From an uncultured SAR86 cluster bacterium (lineage in GTDB: Bacteria > Pseudomonadota > Gammaproteobacteria > Magnimaribacterales > D2472): DNA of 64,000 nucleotides. The notes beneath the pieces are model-generated. The model saw only the letters and a list, made by a program, of their open reading frames with translations, searched no databases and was not told the origin of the DNA. The stretch's first letter is position 1. Each line of letters begins with the position of its first letter. Location: assembly GCA_902563835.1 (NCBI GenBank), contig CACEZB010000001.1, forward strand, positions 42,217 to 106,216. Reading direction: 5' to 3'. Shown piece after piece: positions 33,555-48,864 of the stretch. The position numbers were made by a program, and so were the translations under genes.

Positions 33555-34910
33555 TTAGTCCTTCTTTTTAGACCAGTTTTCTTTATTGTCTTGTTTGGCT
33601 CTGCCAACACCCAGAGCATCGTCAGGTACATCTTTTGTAATAACTGATCCTGCTGCAACATATGCATTCGATCCAATTGTAACTGGTGCCACTAACGAAG
33701 AATTGGTTCCAATGAAGCTTTTATCACCTATCTTAGTTGCATGCTTGTCCTTACCATCATAATTGCACGTAATTGTACCTGCTCCAATATTTGAGTCTTC
33801 ACCAATCTCAGAGTCCCCCAAATATGCTAAGTGGTTTGCCTTTGAGTGCTTGCCTACTGTTGTCTTTTTAGTTTCAACAAAATTGCCTATTCTTGCTCCA
33901 TCATCAATATAACTTCCCTCTCTAAGACGAGCATATGGACCAATTGAGCAATCTTTCCCTACTTTAGATGAAACTAGATGAGAAAATGCCTCAACAGATG
34001 AACCATCTCCAATCTCTACATCTTTAAGAATAGTATTTGGTCCAATAACAACATTATCACCAAGCGTTATTTTTCCATCTAAAATTACATTTACATCTAT
34101 AACACAATCTTTTCCAACAGATATTTCTCCCCTGACATCAACCCTAGATGGATCTGATAAGGTTATACCCATTTTTAATAAATCTTCTGCCTTCATTTTT
34201 CTATATATTTGCTCTAATTCTGCTAACTCTGTTTTAGTATTTGCGCCTTGAACTTCATCGTTTGGCACAACACATGTTTTAATTTTAAACCCTTTTGTAT
34301 TAATTATAGAAACTATATCAGTTAAATAGTATTCTTCAGCTGCATTATTATTTTTCACTTCATTTATTGCTTCCTCTAAGAGCCTTTTATTGCAGCATAA
34401 AATCCCAGTAAAGATTTCATTAATTAGCTTGTCTTCATTAGAAGCATCTTTTTCTTCAACTATTTCTTCTGTTAGGCCGTCTGAATTCTTTTTTACTCTT
34501 CCGTACCCAGTTGGGTTGTCCATGAGGGTTGTTAAAATTGTTAGGCTGTCTGTAGTTGAGGTAATTAAATTTTCTAAAGTATTTTTTTTAATTAGTGGGA
34601 CGTCTCCGTATAAAACAAGAACTTTGGATTCAGCTGATATTGTGTCTAATGAAGATTTGACTGCATCAGCAGTCCCAATTGCTTCTTTTTGTTCGCTGAT
34701 ATTAATTTTGCCATTAAAGGAATTGGCTTCTTTTATTATCGACTCTTTTTCATAACCAACCACGAACGTCGCCTCATCTGTTATGTCTTGAACAGTTTCA
34801 TAAATTCTCTTAAGCATAGAGTGTCCGCCAACTGGCTGGAGAGATTTTGCTTTAGATGAAAGCATTCTTGAGCCCTCGCCCGCAGCTAATATTACAGTAT
34901 GAATTTTCAC
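33555..34910 (-). CDS. glmU: bifunctional UDP-N-acetylglucosamine pyrophosphorylase / glucosamine-1-phosphate N-acetyltransferase
   Basis: 451 aa with N-terminal LAAGEGSRM and C-terminal hexapeptide repeats. Synteny atpC-glmU-glmS. Confidence 0.95.
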   Translation of the reverse strand: MKIHTVILAAGEGSRMLSSKAKSLQPVGGHSMLKRIYETVQDITDEATFVVGYEKESIIKEANSFNGKINISEQKEAIGTADAVKSSLDTISAESKVLVLYGDVPLIKKNTLENLITSTTDSLTILTTLMDNPTGYGRVKKNSDGLTEEIVEEKDASNEDKLINEIFTGILCCNKRLLEEAINEVKNNNAAEEYYLTDIVSIINTKGFKIKTCVVPNDEVQGANTKTELAELEQIYRKMKAEDLLKMGITLSDPSRVDVRGEISVGKDCVIDVNVILDGKITLGDNVVIGPNTILKDVEIGDGSSVEAFSHLVSSKVGKDCSIGPYARLREGSYIDDGARIGNFVETKKTTVGKHSKANHLAYLGDSEIGEDSNIGAGTITCNYDGKDKHATKIGDKSFIGTNSSLVAPVTIGSNAYVAAGSVITKDVPDDALGVGRAKQDNKENWSKKKD

Positions 34911-34934
34911 AATAAATAAGGCTAAATAGATACC

Positions 34935-35348
34935 TTACTGTTTTTTGCGGAGTTTTTGAATAGTTTTAAGTCTTGCCACTGCTTCGGCTAGTTGGGCTGA
35001 TGCTTTGGCGTAATCGAGCGTGGCATCTTTATTTGCCAATTCTTGCTCTGCTGTTTCTTTTGCTTTTATTGCCTCAGCCTCATCAAGGCTGTCTGCTCTT
35101 TCTGCTGTATCTGATAAAACAGTTACTAAATCAGGCTGTACTTCTAAAAATCCGCCAGAGCAAAAAAACGCCTCTTCTTCTGATCCGTTTTGGACTCTAA
35201 CTGGCCCAGCAGCTAAACCTGTTAAAAGTGGTGTGTGTCCTGGAGCTATGCCTAGCTCACCAAGTGTTCCTGTGGCATAAACCATCGTTGCTTCACCTGT
35301 ATAGATCTCTTCACTTGAAGAAACTATATTGATCTTAATAGTACTCAT
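34935..35348 (-). CDS. atpC: F0F1 ATP synthase subunit epsilon
   Basis: 137 aa. Assigned from position in the operon and sequence pattern. Confidence 0.9.
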   Translation of the reverse strand: MSTIKINIVSSSEEIYTGEATMVYATGTLGELGIAPGHTPLLTGLAAGPVRVQNGSEEEAFFCSGGFLEVQPDLVTVLSDTAERADSLDEAEAIKAKETAEQELANKDATLDYAKASAQLAEAVARLKTIQKLRKKQ

Positions 35349-35350
35349 TG

Positions 35351-37622
<2,272 letters not shown>

Positions 37623-37629
37623 TGTTTAA

Positions 37630-39174
37630 TTAAAAAGTTTGTGTCTTTTTGAAATCCTCAACGAGTTCTTTAAATTGATTTTCTATATCATCATTCCAAT
37701 CACCTGTTGAATTTATTTGTTGCTCTAACTCTCCCTTTTCAGCTGTTAGATAACCATGAAGGGCTGCTTCAAAGTCTAAGATTTTCTCAACTTCTATATC
37801 TGCCATGTAACCCCTGTCCGCTGCAAACAGGCTTAGTGCTTGCTGAGCAACACTCATTGGTGCGTATTGCTTTTGTTTAAGCAGTTCTGTAAATGCTCTA
37901 CCATTAGCAAGCTGCTGCTTGGTTGCATCATCTAAGTCTGATGCAAACTGAGAGAAAGCGGCCAGCTCACGATATTGAGCTAATGCAGTCCTAACTCCAC
38001 CAGCTAACTTTTTCATAATCTTTGTTTGTGCTGATCCACCAACCCTTGAAACAGAAAGTCCTGGATTAATAGCAGGCCTAATACCTGAGTTAAATAACTC
38101 TGTTTCTAAATATATTTGTCCGTCAGTAATTGAAATAACATTTGTTGGAACAAAAGCTGAAACATCTCCAGCAAGAGTTTCAATAATTGGCAATGCCGTT
38201 AAAGAGCCAGTTTTACCCTTAACTTTTCCTCCGGTAACTTGTTCAACATAGTCTGCATTTACTCTTGCAGCTCTTTCTAACAACCTAGAATGAAGATAAA
38301 AAACATCACCAGGATATGCCTCTCTTCCTGGGGGCCTTCTTAATAATAGTGATACTTGTCTATACGCAACAGCTTGCTTAGAAAGATCATCATAAACAAT
38401 TAATGCATCTTCACCTTTGTCTCTAAAATATTCTCCCATTGTGCAACCAGCATATGCTGATAGGTATTGCATTGGAGCAGGGTCTGCAGCTGTAGCTGAA
38501 ACAACAATGGTATGCTCCATCGCTCCATGTTCTTCTAATTTTTTAACAACATTTGCTACTGTGGATTGCTTCTGACCAATGGCAACATAAATACATTTAA
38601 TACCTGTTCCTTTTTGATTAATAATTGCATCGATTGCGACAGCCGTTTTACCGGTTTGCCTGTCCCCAATTATGAGCTCCCTTTGACCCCTTCCAATTGG
38701 GACCATAGCATCAACAGCTTTAAGGCCAATTTGAACAGGCTGATCAACAGACTGACGAGCAATAACACCTGGGGCGACAACCTCAACTGGCGCTGCGCTC
38801 TCTGCTTTTATTTCACCCTTACCGTCAATTGGAGCACCAAGGGTATTTACAACCCTTCCTAATAAAGCCTCTCCAACAGGAACTTCTAAAACCTTTCCAG
38901 TACAAACAGCTTTTTGACCTTCAATAATTTCAAGATAGTCTCCAAGAACAACTGCTCCTACAGAGTCTTGTTCAAGATTAAGGGCCATGCCCTTTGTACC
39001 ATTTTCAAATTCTATAACCTCACCATACATAACATCTCCCATGCCGTGTATTCTTACAATACCGTCTGAGACACTCACGACGATACCCTCGTTTTTTCTT
39101 TCTGCAGAAAGATCAAGGCCAGCAATTTTCTCTTTTAAAACGCTGGAAATTTCTGATGGATTTAATTGACTCAT
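37630..39174 (-). CDS. atpA: F0F1 ATP synthase subunit alpha
   Basis: 514 aa with Walker A GDRQTGKT. Confidence 0.97.
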   Translation of the reverse strand: MSQLNPSEISSVLKEKIAGLDLSAERKNEGIVVSVSDGIVRIHGMGDVMYGEVIEFENGTKGMALNLEQDSVGAVVLGDYLEIIEGQKAVCTGKVLEVPVGEALLGRVVNTLGAPIDGKGEIKAESAAPVEVVAPGVIARQSVDQPVQIGLKAVDAMVPIGRGQRELIIGDRQTGKTAVAIDAIINQKGTGIKCIYVAIGQKQSTVANVVKKLEEHGAMEHTIVVSATAADPAPMQYLSAYAGCTMGEYFRDKGEDALIVYDDLSKQAVAYRQVSLLLRRPPGREAYPGDVFYLHSRLLERAARVNADYVEQVTGGKVKGKTGSLTALPIIETLAGDVSAFVPTNVISITDGQIYLETELFNSGIRPAINPGLSVSRVGGSAQTKIMKKLAGGVRTALAQYRELAAFSQFASDLDDATKQQLANGRAFTELLKQKQYAPMSVAQQALSLFAADRGYMADIEVEKILDFEAALHGYLTAEKGELEQQINSTGDWNDDIENQFKELVEDFKKTQTF

Positions 39175-39183
39175 TTTTTCACC

Positions 39184-39720
39184 TTAAAAATTTAATTGGT
39201 TTACAAGTTTGTTAACCTTTCCTCTTATTGAAAGGTCAAGTGTTTCATCTCCTATCTTGATTGATAGGCCTCCCATCATTGCTGGGTCTTTTGAAAAAAA
39301 TATGTTGGCATCTTTGCCATATTTAGATTTTAATTTTTGTTCTATGTTATCTTTTGCTTCATTGCCTAGATCAACAGCAACAAAAACCTCAATTGAATTT
39401 TGTCCCTTATGGCTCTCTAACAAATCTTTATAAATAAGATATATTGTCTCAAGCAAATTTAAGCGTTTGTTTTCTGCTAATATCTCAAGTAGTTTTTTAG
39501 ATGTATCAGAAACACTTTCTTCATATAGCTTAACTAAAATATCCACAACCTCTTGTCTTGAAAGAACAGGGTTCTCTATGGTATTAATAACGCCCTCAGT
39601 TCTTGATACAGTAGCCATTATTTTTAGCTCTTCTGCCATTTCTTCTAAACTATTAGAATCCTTTGCTGATGCAAATAAAGCTTTTGCATATGGTCTAGCT
39701 AAAGGGGTTAATTCAATCAT
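39184..39720 (-). CDS. atpH: F0F1 ATP synthase subunit delta
   Basis: 178 aa. Assigned from operon position. Confidence 0.9.
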   Translation of the reverse strand: MIELTPLARPYAKALFASAKDSNSLEEMAEELKIMATVSRTEGVINTIENPVLSRQEVVDILVKLYEESVSDTSKKLLEILAENKRLNLLETIYLIYKDLLESHKGQNSIEVFVAVDLGNEAKDNIEQKLKSKYGKDANIFFSKDPAMMGGLSIKIGDETLDLSIRGKVNKLVNQLNF

Positions 39721-39723
39721 TAT

Positions 39724-40194
39724 TTATAATTCCTCTGCTGCTTTTTTAAGAATATCTTCGTGTTTTTCTTTAGAAATTTCATCACCAAGAATTTTTTGAG
39801 TGGTATCAATAATAATGTCAGACATTTGCTGTCTTAGTTCTTCTTTGGCTTTGTTGGTTTCATTCTCTATAGAGGTTGATGCCGACACCATTATTTTTTC
39901 TGCTTCCGCCTCAGCCTTTAAAGATGCATCACTTACAATTTGAGATGCCCTGGTATTTGCCTTCTCTAAAATATCCGCCGCCTCTGCTTTTGCTTGATTT
40001 AATTCTTTATCAAATGCAAGCTTTGCCTCCTCTAAAGAGTCATCTGCCTTTTTCGCCGCCTCTAACCCATCAGATATTCTCTTTTCTCTTTCTTGCATGA
40101 CTGAAAGTATTGGTGGATAAATGTATCTCCAACAAATAGCAACAAAAACAATCATTACAACTGCTTGAGCAAGTAGGGTTGCGTTTATATTCAT
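39724..40194 (-). CDS. atpF: F0F1 ATP synthase subunit b
   Basis: 156 aa with an N-terminal TM segment and a long charged helix. Confidence 0.9.
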   Translation of the reverse strand: MNINATLLAQAVVMIVFVAICWRYIYPPILSVMQEREKRISDGLEAAKKADDSLEEAKLAFDKELNQAKAEAADILEKANTRASQIVSDASLKAEAEAEKIMVSASTSIENETNKAKEELRQQMSDIIIDTTQKILGDEISKEKHEDILKKAAEEL

Positions 40195-40212
40195 ATCTTT
40201 TTATCTACTTTT

Positions 40213-40443
<231 letters not shown>

Positions 40444-40457
40444 CTATAATTTGAGGA

Positions 40458-41692
<1,235 letters not shown>

Positions 41693-41726
41693 AAGGTTGA
41701 GTATTTTATTAATTTTTTCTTGCGAA

Positions 41727-41755
41727 ATTATAAAAATTTATAGTCTTTTAAACAA
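41727..41755 (-). promoter_or_regulatory. candidate sigma70 promoter for the atp operon
   Basis: The minus strand reads TTGTTT-17 nt-TATAAT upstream of atpI. AT-rich context makes chance matches likely. Confidence 0.25.
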
Positions 41756-41767
41756 GTTGTTTTTATT

Positions 41768-42607
41768 TTAATTTTTGAGCTTTGAGATAATTGCCTCAAG
41801 CTCATCTGGGCTTTTATAAAAAATATTTAACTTGCCGCTTTTTTTATTTTTTGCTTCTATTTCTACCTTGTGGCCAAAGGCTTCAGACATCTCCCGCTCT
41901 ACAATCAAAACATCACTATCTTTATCTTTCTTTGGGGTGTTTTTAGAACCCCTTTTTGAGCCCGAGAGTTTGCTTAAGTCTTTTACACTTAGTTTGTTTT
42001 TTATAATATTTTCTGCGGCCGCCTCTGCCTGTTTGGGCTCAAGCGAGGCGAGCAGTTTTGCATGCCCTTTTTCTATTTGGCCAGTGGACAGCATGTCTAA
42101 AACCTTGGAGGGTAGAGACAACAACCTTAATGAGTTAGCAATTGTGCTTCTGGCTTTGCCTGTAGATTTTGCAACCTCGTCCTGGGTTAAACCAAACTCT
42201 CTTTTTAACCTGTCTAACCCCCTTGCTTCTTCAACTGGATTTAAGTCTTCTCTTTGGAGGTTTTCTATTAGTGCTGATATTAAGGCGTCCTGGTCTTGTT
42301 TTTGGTCTATTAAACATGGAATGGTTTCAAGTTTTGCCATTTTTGATGCTCTAAGCCTTCTTTCGCCAGCAATCACCTCATACTCATTAAGGCCCAGCTC
42401 TCTTACTAAAATTGGTGATAAAACCCCTTGTTTTTTTATAGATGCTGTTAACTCTTCTAGTTTTTCTTTATCAAAATTTGATCTTGGTTGAAATCTACCT
42501 GGTTTTATTTTTCCTAATTCCACCTCCTTAACAGATCTTTGGTTTTGGTTGGACTCCCCAAGCAAAGCATCAAGACCTTTGTTAAGTGTTTTTTTGTTTT
42601 CAGACAT
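41768..42607 (-). CDS. parB: chromosome partitioning protein ParB
   Basis: 279 aa with the ParB box (GERRLRA) and an HTH region. Lies next to parA. Confidence 0.93.
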   Translation of the reverse strand: MSENKKTLNKGLDALLGESNQNQRSVKEVELGKIKPGRFQPRSNFDKEKLEELTASIKKQGVLSPILVRELGLNEYEVIAGERRLRASKMAKLETIPCLIDQKQDQDALISALIENLQREDLNPVEEARGLDRLKREFGLTQDEVAKSTGKARSTIANSLRLLSLPSKVLDMLSTGQIEKGHAKLLASLEPKQAEAAAENIIKNKLSVKDLSKLSGSKRGSKNTPKKDKDSDVLIVEREMSEAFGHKVEIEAKNKKSGKLNIFYKSPDELEAIISKLKN

Positions 42608-43361
42608 ATTCTACCCTTCTAATAAGCTCCCCAGCTAATGCAAGATATGCTTTTGCGCCATAAGAGTTAGGCATATATTTTATACCAGATATTCCATGGC
42701 TGGGCGCTTCGGCTAATTTAATATTTCTAGGTATTAGGGTGTTAAAAACCAAGCTGTTAAAATGTTTTTCTAGTTCGTGTGAGACCTCTTTGGCTAAGTT
42801 GTTTCTCATATCAACCATTGTTCTTACAATACCCAAAACCCGATTTGATGACATGTTTTTATTCGACAGGGTTTGAATCGTATTCATAAGGCCGGTGACT
42901 CCCTCAAGAGAATAGTATTCGCATTGGAGCGGTATTAGGGTTCCTGACGCACAAAAAAGGCCTTCTATTGTAAGTTGGTTTAATGTTGGGGGGGTGTCCA
43001 CGATTGTGTAGTCATATAAATCTGATGTGGTTTTAAGGCTTGAGGTTAAAAACCCTTGTTTGTTGTCGTTTCTGATTGCAACCTCTAGGGCTATAAGCTC
43101 TTCTCCTCCTGGGATAATTTTGTATTCATCGTTTGTTTTATAGGTACACTCTTCTATTGTTTTGTTGTCAAAGTAGTGGTTATAAAGGGTGTTCACTTTT
43201 GTTTGGGGGAGGCCTGCTGCTGTGGTGGCGTTACCCTGAGGATCAAGGTCGATTAAAAGAACTTTTCTTTTTGTGGCAGCAAGACTGGCTGCTAAATTAA
43301 CCGCTGTGGTTGTTTTTCCAACCCCGCCTTTTTGATTGGCGATTGCAATAATCTTATTCAT
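42600..43361 (-). CDS. parA: chromosome partitioning ATPase ParA/Soj
   Basis: 253 aa with deviant Walker A KGGVGKTT. Confidence 0.95.
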   Translation of the reverse strand: MNKIIAIANQKGGVGKTTTAVNLAASLAATKRKVLLIDLDPQGNATTAAGLPQTKVNTLYNHYFDNKTIEECTYKTNDEYKIIPGGEELIALEVAIRNDNKQGFLTSSLKTTSDLYDYTIVDTPPTLNQLTIEGLFCASGTLIPLQCEYYSLEGVTGLMNTIQTLSNKNMSSNRVLGIVRTMVDMRNNLAKEVSHELEKHFNSLVFNTLIPRNIKLAEAPSHGISGIKYMPNSYGAKAYLALAGELIRRVEYV

Positions 43362-43945
43362 TGTTTTTTTATTACCACTATATTTCTTTCGCGCTCTTTG
43401 GTGTCTTTATTAATTATTTCATATATGTGTTGGTTTTTGTTTATAAGCTTTAATTCTTCTTGAATAATTTTCTTTTTGCCTTTTAGGAGGATGTGTTTGG
43501 TTTTTTGGTGGGTGTTGTTTTTTGTAAGCTTTACTATTTTTTTGATTGGGGCGAAAGCTCTCGCGGTTATAACATCATAAACCCCAATGCTGTTATTTTC
43601 TTTAATTGTTTGGTTAATGACTGTGGTGTTTTTTAATAAGAGTTTTTCTGTCGCTTTTTTTAAAAAATAACATTTTTTAGAGCTGCTTTCTAAAAGGCTG
43701 ATGTGGTTGTTTGGTAGGAAGATGGCTAAAAGAATACCAGGAAACCCGCCACCAGAACCCAGGTCTATAACCGACTCTTGCTCCTTAATCATATTAAACA
43801 GAGGGGCGCAATCAAGCACGTCTTTTTGAAAAACCTCTTCGTAATCTTTTCTTACAAAAATGTTGTGTGTTTTATTGAACTCTAGGGCTAGGTTTATAAA
43901 TTCTTTGATTTTTTTGTTCTGATCTCTTGTAAAAAGCTCATACAT
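43358..43945 (-). CDS. rsmG: 16S rRNA (guanine527-N7)-methyltransferase
   Basis: 195 aa with the SAM motif [10 protein letters not shown]. Synteny mnmG-rsmG-parA. Confidence 0.9.
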   Translation of the reverse strand: MYELFTRDQNKKIKEFINLALEFNKTHNIFVRKDYEEVFQKDVLDCAPLFNMIKEQESVIDLGSGGGFPGILLAIFLPNNHISLLESSSKKCYFLKKATEKLLLKNTTVINQTIKENNSIGVYDVITARAFAPIKKIVKLTKNNTHQKTKHILLKGKKKIIQEELKLINKNQHIYEIINKDTKERERNIVVIKKQ

Positions 43946-45785
43946 TTTGTTTTTGCATTTCGTTTTTTTTGAGTTGAATTAATATCAGGTTTATTGCCGC
44001 CGGTGTTACGCCTTCAATATTAGCAGCAGAGCCAATGGTTTCTGGTTTGTTTTTGTTTAGCTTCTCTTTTACCTCGTTTGATAATCCGTTGATTTTTGAA
44101 TAGTTTGTGTTTTTTGGTATTTTTTTTCTGTTTTGTTTTTTTGTTTTTGCAATCTCTCTGGTTTGTTTTTGTATGTATCCTTCGTATTTGGCCTCTATGG
44201 TGGCTCTTTTATAAAACCCGTTATTTTTTTTGTTTGTTGTAAAAAGTTTTGTTTTGTTTACATCTGTTCTGTATAAAAGAGAAAAAACGCTTTTGCTTTC
44301 TTGCAGGTTAATTTTTTTGTTTTCTTTGTTAACAAAGCTTTTTAATTTTTTGGTCTTTAGTTCTTTGTTTATAAAGTCTTGGTACTGTTGTTCTTTTTGT
44401 GTGTATTGTTTGTATCTTTCTTTTTCAACCAAACCCAACCCAAAAGCTTTTTTTAACAGTCTTTGTTCTGCGTTGTTTTGAGACAATAAAAGCCTGTGTT
44501 CTGCTCTACTGGTAAACATTCTATATGGCTCTGTTATACCGTGGTTTGTTAGGTCGTTGATCAAAACCCCTATATATGCCTCGCTCCTTTCCAAGACAAA
44601 GTCCTGTTTTTTTTGTATTGCCCTGCATGCGTTTATTCCAGCCATAAGACCTTGGGCCGCTGCTTCTTCATACCCGGTTGTTCCGTTTATCTGCCCGGCT
44701 AAATAAAAATTCTTAAAAAACCTTGTTTCTAGCGAGCTTTTGAGGCTCCTCGGGTCAACAAAGTCATACTCAACTGCATAACCGTAATCCTTTATAACAG
44801 CTTTTTCTAACCCCTTGATTGAATATATAAAATCCTCTTGTGCTTTGTGTGGCAGGCTTGTTGATATCCCGTTTGGGTAAATCAGGTCTTTATTTATGCC
44901 CTCTGGTTCTATAAAAATCTGATGGCTTTTTTTGTCCGCAAATTTACTTACTTTGTCCTCGATTGAGGGGCAATATCTTGGACCTATGCCAATTATATTG
45001 CCTGAATACATTGCTGATAGATGGGTGTTGTTTTTTATTATCTTGTGTGTTTTTTCGTTGGTTTTTGTGATGTAGCAGGGTATTTGTTTTTGGTGTTTTT
45101 TTGGTTTGTTATATAAAGACATCCATGGCGTTGGTTTCTCGCCTGGTTGTTCTTCCATTTTGCTAGTATCAATGCTTGATAGCTTTATTCTGGCGGGGGT
45201 TCCTGTTTTTAGCCTCCCCATTGGTAGCTTAAGATCATAAAGTCTTTTTGATAGTGGTATAGCCGAACCATCTCCAACCCTTCCCCCTTTGGTGGCGATC
45301 TCCCCGGTATACATCTTTCCGTTTAAAAATGTTCCTGTTGTTAAAATTGTTTTTTTTGCTTCTATTGTTTTGTTTTTTGTTATAACGCCCTTAACTTGGT
45401 TGTTTTTTATTACTAAATCTACAACTTCTTCTTCAAAAACCTTTATGTTTGTTTTTTTTATAATTTTTTGCACTGCTTTTTTGTAAAGCTCTCTGTCGCA
45501 CTGAACGCGAAGCGCTTGAACTGCATCACCCTTTCTTGTGTTTAGGGTTCTATATTGGATGCCTGATAAATCTGTTGCTAGGGGCATTATTCCCCCCAAC
45601 GCTTCGATCTCTCTTACAATATGAGATTTGCCCAACCCTCCGATTGCTGGGTTGCATGACATCTGGCCTATGGTTTTCTGGTTGAAGGTTACAAGCGCAC
45701 AAGATAAGCCCATTCTAAAAACGGCATGCGCAGCCTCTGTGCCAGCATGACCACCACCAACAACTATAACGTCAAACTTATCCAT
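43938..45785 (-). CDS. mnmG: tRNA uridine 5-carboxymethylaminomethyl modification enzyme
   Basis: 615 aa with the N-terminal FAD motif VVGGGHAGTEAA. Confidence 0.95.
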   Translation of the reverse strand: MDKFDVIVVGGGHAGTEAAHAVFRMGLSCALVTFNQKTIGQMSCNPAIGGLGKSHIVREIEALGGIMPLATDLSGIQYRTLNTRKGDAVQALRVQCDRELYKKAVQKIIKKTNIKVFEEEVVDLVIKNNQVKGVITKNKTIEAKKTILTTGTFLNGKMYTGEIATKGGRVGDGSAIPLSKRLYDLKLPMGRLKTGTPARIKLSSIDTSKMEEQPGEKPTPWMSLYNKPKKHQKQIPCYITKTNEKTHKIIKNNTHLSAMYSGNIIGIGPRYCPSIEDKVSKFADKKSHQIFIEPEGINKDLIYPNGISTSLPHKAQEDFIYSIKGLEKAVIKDYGYAVEYDFVDPRSLKSSLETRFFKNFYLAGQINGTTGYEEAAAQGLMAGINACRAIQKKQDFVLERSEAYIGVLINDLTNHGITEPYRMFTSRAEHRLLLSQNNAEQRLLKKAFGLGLVEKERYKQYTQKEQQYQDFINKELKTKKLKSFVNKENKKINLQESKSVFSLLYRTDVNKTKLFTTNKKNNGFYKRATIEAKYEGYIQKQTREIAKTKKQNRKKIPKNTNYSKINGLSNEVKEKLNKNKPETIGSAANIEGVTPAAINLILIQLKKNEMQKQNV

Positions 45786-46017
45786 AAAATAATTAAATAA
45801 TAATATCTATATTATATACTTTTTGTTATTTTTATTAGTTTTGTTAATTCTGTTAATAAGGCATCAAAAGCCTTTTAAAACCATATTAAAATTGATTTAT
45901 AAACCAACTAAAAGCTTGTTAAATAAAGGTCAACAAAGCACTTGATATATTGTTAATAAAAACAAAGCTATTATTTAATACACAAAATACAAACAAACCA
46001 ATAACAAAACAAACAAC

Positions 46018-47331
46018 CTATTTACCGATACAAAAGTCATTAAAAATATCACCCAAAAGGGAGTCGGAAAACTTTTTTCCAACCATTTCATCGAGATGAG
46101 ATCTAGCGTTTTTTAAATCCTCAGCAACAAGCTCAATAGACTCACCACCAGACAACCCCTCATGAGATTTATTTAGATCTAAAACAACTTTCTTAAAAAG
46201 AGCCTCATGCCTATCTCTGATAATAAAATTAAAATCATCCTCCTTAGCACCCAAATCAAAAGCAGAAACAATTTGGGATTTAAGGATATCAAAACCAGCA
46301 CCACTTTTTGCTGAAACACAACAATCAAAGCTATTAACTTCTGGCTCATTAACATCAACCTTGTTTTGGATGTTTATAAAAGGCTTATCACCACACAAAC
46401 CCTTAAAACGATCAAAAACAGCAGGGTTATACTCCTCAAAAACCATTAAAACCAAATCAGCATCACTTATTTGGGATAGAGAGGCAGCTATACCCGCCTC
46501 CTCCACCATGTCTTTTGTCTCTCTAATACCAGCAGAATCAAAAACAGAAAAAGAAGAAGACTCGTAGAACAGCTCTGAACCTATCAAGTCCCTGGTTGTG
46601 CCAGGGGTATTAGAAACAAGAGCTCTTTCAAAACCCAACAACCTATTAAAAACAGAAGACTTGCCAGAATTAACAGGACCTATTAAAAGGATTCTATTTT
46701 TCTCATATCCAAGCCGCTTATTAATACAACCAGCGACGAAAGAATCAAACCTATTACAGAGATTTTTTAAATCCCCAACCAAAGAACCATCAACATACTC
46801 ATTATCCTCATCAGAGAAATCTATATCCCCCTCAACCCGAACCCTAATAGAGTCTATTTCTTCCGAAAAAGAAACAACCTTCTTAGAAAGCTCGCCAAAC
46901 AAAGACTTACTAGAAAGAGCAACACCACGCTCGTCCGTGCTATCAATCAAATCAGAAACAGCTTCAGCCTCATTCAGGCTTATTTTGTTATTTAAAAAGG
47001 CTCGTTTTGTAAACTCTCCACCAGGCGCCTCGTCAAAACCAACATCCCTAAAAGCACCAACAATAGAAGACATCACCCCAAGACCACCATGAGCATAAAC
47101 CTCAAACGAATCCTCCCCGGTGTAGCTGTTGGGACCTTTAAAAACTATCAACCCAACCCTATCAACAATATTTTTTTTATAAAACAAATCATTGACATAA
47201 AAACGACCAAACTCAAAACCGCCCCTACCAAAAAGATCTGCAAGCTTTTTTAAACAGCCAGACCCACTAACCCTAAAAACACAAATAGCCGACTTGGCAG
47301 GCGGCGTCGCCAAAGCGAAAACAACAGACAT
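46018..47331 (-). CDS. mnmE: tRNA modification GTPase
   Basis: 437 aa with the G1 motif GPVNSGKSS and the C-terminal CIGK tetrapeptide. Confidence 0.93.
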   Translation of the reverse strand: MSVVFALATPPAKSAICVFRVSGSGCLKKLADLFGRGGFEFGRFYVNDLFYKKNIVDRVGLIVFKGPNSYTGEDSFEVYAHGGLGVMSSIVGAFRDVGFDEAPGGEFTKRAFLNNKISLNEAEAVSDLIDSTDERGVALSSKSLFGELSKKVVSFSEEIDSIRVRVEGDIDFSDEDNEYVDGSLVGDLKNLCNRFDSFVAGCINKRLGYEKNRILLIGPVNSGKSSVFNRLLGFERALVSNTPGTTRDLIGSELFYESSSFSVFDSAGIRETKDMVEEAGIAASLSQISDADLVLMVFEEYNPAVFDRFKGLCGDKPFINIQNKVDVNEPEVNSFDCCVSAKSGAGFDILKSQIVSAFDLGAKEDDFNFIIRDRHEALFKKVVLDLNKSHEGLSGGESIELVAEDLKNARSHLDEMVGKKFSDSLLGDIFNDFCIGK

Positions 47332-47334
47332 TAT

Positions 47335-48864
47335 TTATTTAGAGCCCTCAAGAGCCCCAAGTTTTTTATACAAATAACTTTGTTGTGCTAACTGGATAGC
47401 AGAATTAACAACAGTATACAAACAAAGGGCTGCGGGAAAAAGCAAAAACAAAACAGAAAACATTACTGGCATATATTTCATTACCTGTGCTTGGGTTTGA
47501 TCCATGCCTGCTGGCTGCGGGTTTAGTCTTTGGGTTAATACCATAGTTAAACAAAACAAAGCAGGCAAAACAAAATAAGGGTCAGGCGCCGAAAGGTCTG
47601 ACCAAAAACCCAAAGAGCTGTGCCTCAATTCCACCATCTCCCTTAAAGCAAAGAAAAAACCAATAAAAAAAGGCATTTGGATTAATAAGGGAAGACAACC
47701 ACCCAAAGGGTTTGCACCGTTTTGCCTCATAAGCTTCATTGTTTCTGTGCCTTGTTTTTGCCTATCATCTTTATATCTTTCTTTTATCTCGTTTAGCTCT
47801 GGAGTTATTTTTCTTAACGCCGCCATCGATCTAAAACTTTTTGCTGTTACAGGCCAAAAAATAAGCTTAATAATCACTGTAAATATTATTATTGTTAACC
47901 CCCAGTTATTCAAATAACCATTTAAAAAAGCCATAAACGAAACCATGGGTTGGGCCAAAAACCAAAACCAACCCATATCAATTGATAGCTCTAAATTTTC
48001 TGCCCTTTGCATCAAATCTTTTCTAACCTTTGGGCCAACAAACAACCTGTGCTCATGGCCAAAAACAACATTGCTGGTTGAGGAGCCCTCAACGGTATAA
48101 CCCATCCTATAAAGCCCAGACTCTTTGGGTAAAACATAATAGTTATATATATGCTCATCAGAACCCAAAAGAGCTGCAAAAAAATACTTTTGAATAAAAG
48201 CAATCCAGCCGGACCTAGAAAGAACCTCAACCGGCTCGTCAACAGACCTAAGTCTAGAGGTCTCATAAGGGTCCGATTCCGTGCTTATCGCAACCCCCTC
48301 ATATGAGCTGTTGTTCATCATGCCCCCACTTAGAGCATCTCTTTTTAAGTCAAGAGCCCTACCCTCTGTTCTATAAAGACCGGCAAAAGATTTTCCACTA
48401 ACACCTTTGGAAGAATAATCGTATATAGAAACCTCATAAGGCGATGGCAAAAAGGAAATGGTTTTGGTTATGCCCAAAACCTCATCATAAAGAGTAACAA
48501 AGCCATCTCCACCCTCAAGCAAAACATACGAAGGGTTGACGCTTGTAAACCCACTTTTAAAATAATAATTAAACGCTGACTCATCAGACCGGCCAAAGAC
48601 CCTAAAACCTAAAGAGCCCCCAACATTCTCAACCGGGTGTTTTTTTAGTCTGGTTTCAACAATAGCACCAGTTTTGGTCGCAACAACAACAACCAACTCT
48701 TCACTCTCAATTAAAACCAAACCCTCTTCAAGCGAACCCCTATAATCACTCCCAAGCATTAACTGTTCTTGTATCGACGCGCTTCTTTTTTCAGAAGACC
48801 ACTCATACAAAAGACCCAAAGAAAGCAAAACAATCCCAATTATATAAAAACTTCTTATGTTCAT
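47335..48864 (-). CDS. yidC: membrane protein insertase YidC
   Basis: 509 aa with an N-terminal TM segment, a large periplasmic domain and a conserved C-terminal 5-TM core (GCLPLLIQMPFF). Confidence 0.95.
   Translation of the reverse strand: MNIRSFYIIGIVLLSLGLLYEWSSEKRSASIQEQLMLGSDYRGSLEEGLVLIESEELVVVVATKTGAIVETRLKKHPVENVGGSLGFRVFGRSDESAFNYYFKSGFTSVNPSYVLLEGGDGFVTLYDEVLGITKTISFLPSPYEVSIYDYSSKGVSGKSFAGLYRTEGRALDLKRDALSGGMMNNSSYEGVAISTESDPYETSRLRSVDEPVEVLSRSGWIAFIQKYFFAALLGSDEHIYNYYVLPKESGLYRMGYTVEGSSTSNVVFGHEHRLFVGPKVRKDLMQRAENLELSIDMGWFWFLAQPMVSFMAFLNGYLNNWGLTIIIFTVIIKLIFWPVTAKSFRSMAALRKITPELNEIKERYKDDRQKQGTETMKLMRQNGANPLGGCLPLLIQMPFFIGFFFALREMVELRHSSLGFWSDLSAPDPYFVLPALFCLTMVLTQRLNPQPAGMDQTQAQVMKYMPVMFSVLFLLFPAALCLYTVVNSAIQLAQQSYLYKKLGALEGSK

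Noticed and set aside
41832-42491. 219-aa plus-strand ORF, with a 61-aa ORF at 42169-42354, lying inside parB
   Set aside because: It lies entirely antisense to a well-supported parB. The Ser/Phe/Leu-rich low-complexity translation is typical of a shadow ORF kept open by the codon bias of the sense gene.
46598-47092. 164-aa plus-strand ORF antisense to mnmE. Similar antisense ORFs occur in gyrB (53809-54231), dnaA (50167-50517), glmU (34390-34755), atpH (39467-39799) and yidC/rnpA (48012-48266, 48769-49110).
   Set aside because: All are nested in the opposite strand of strongly supported conserved genes. They have no recognisable motifs and are compositional shadow ORFs.
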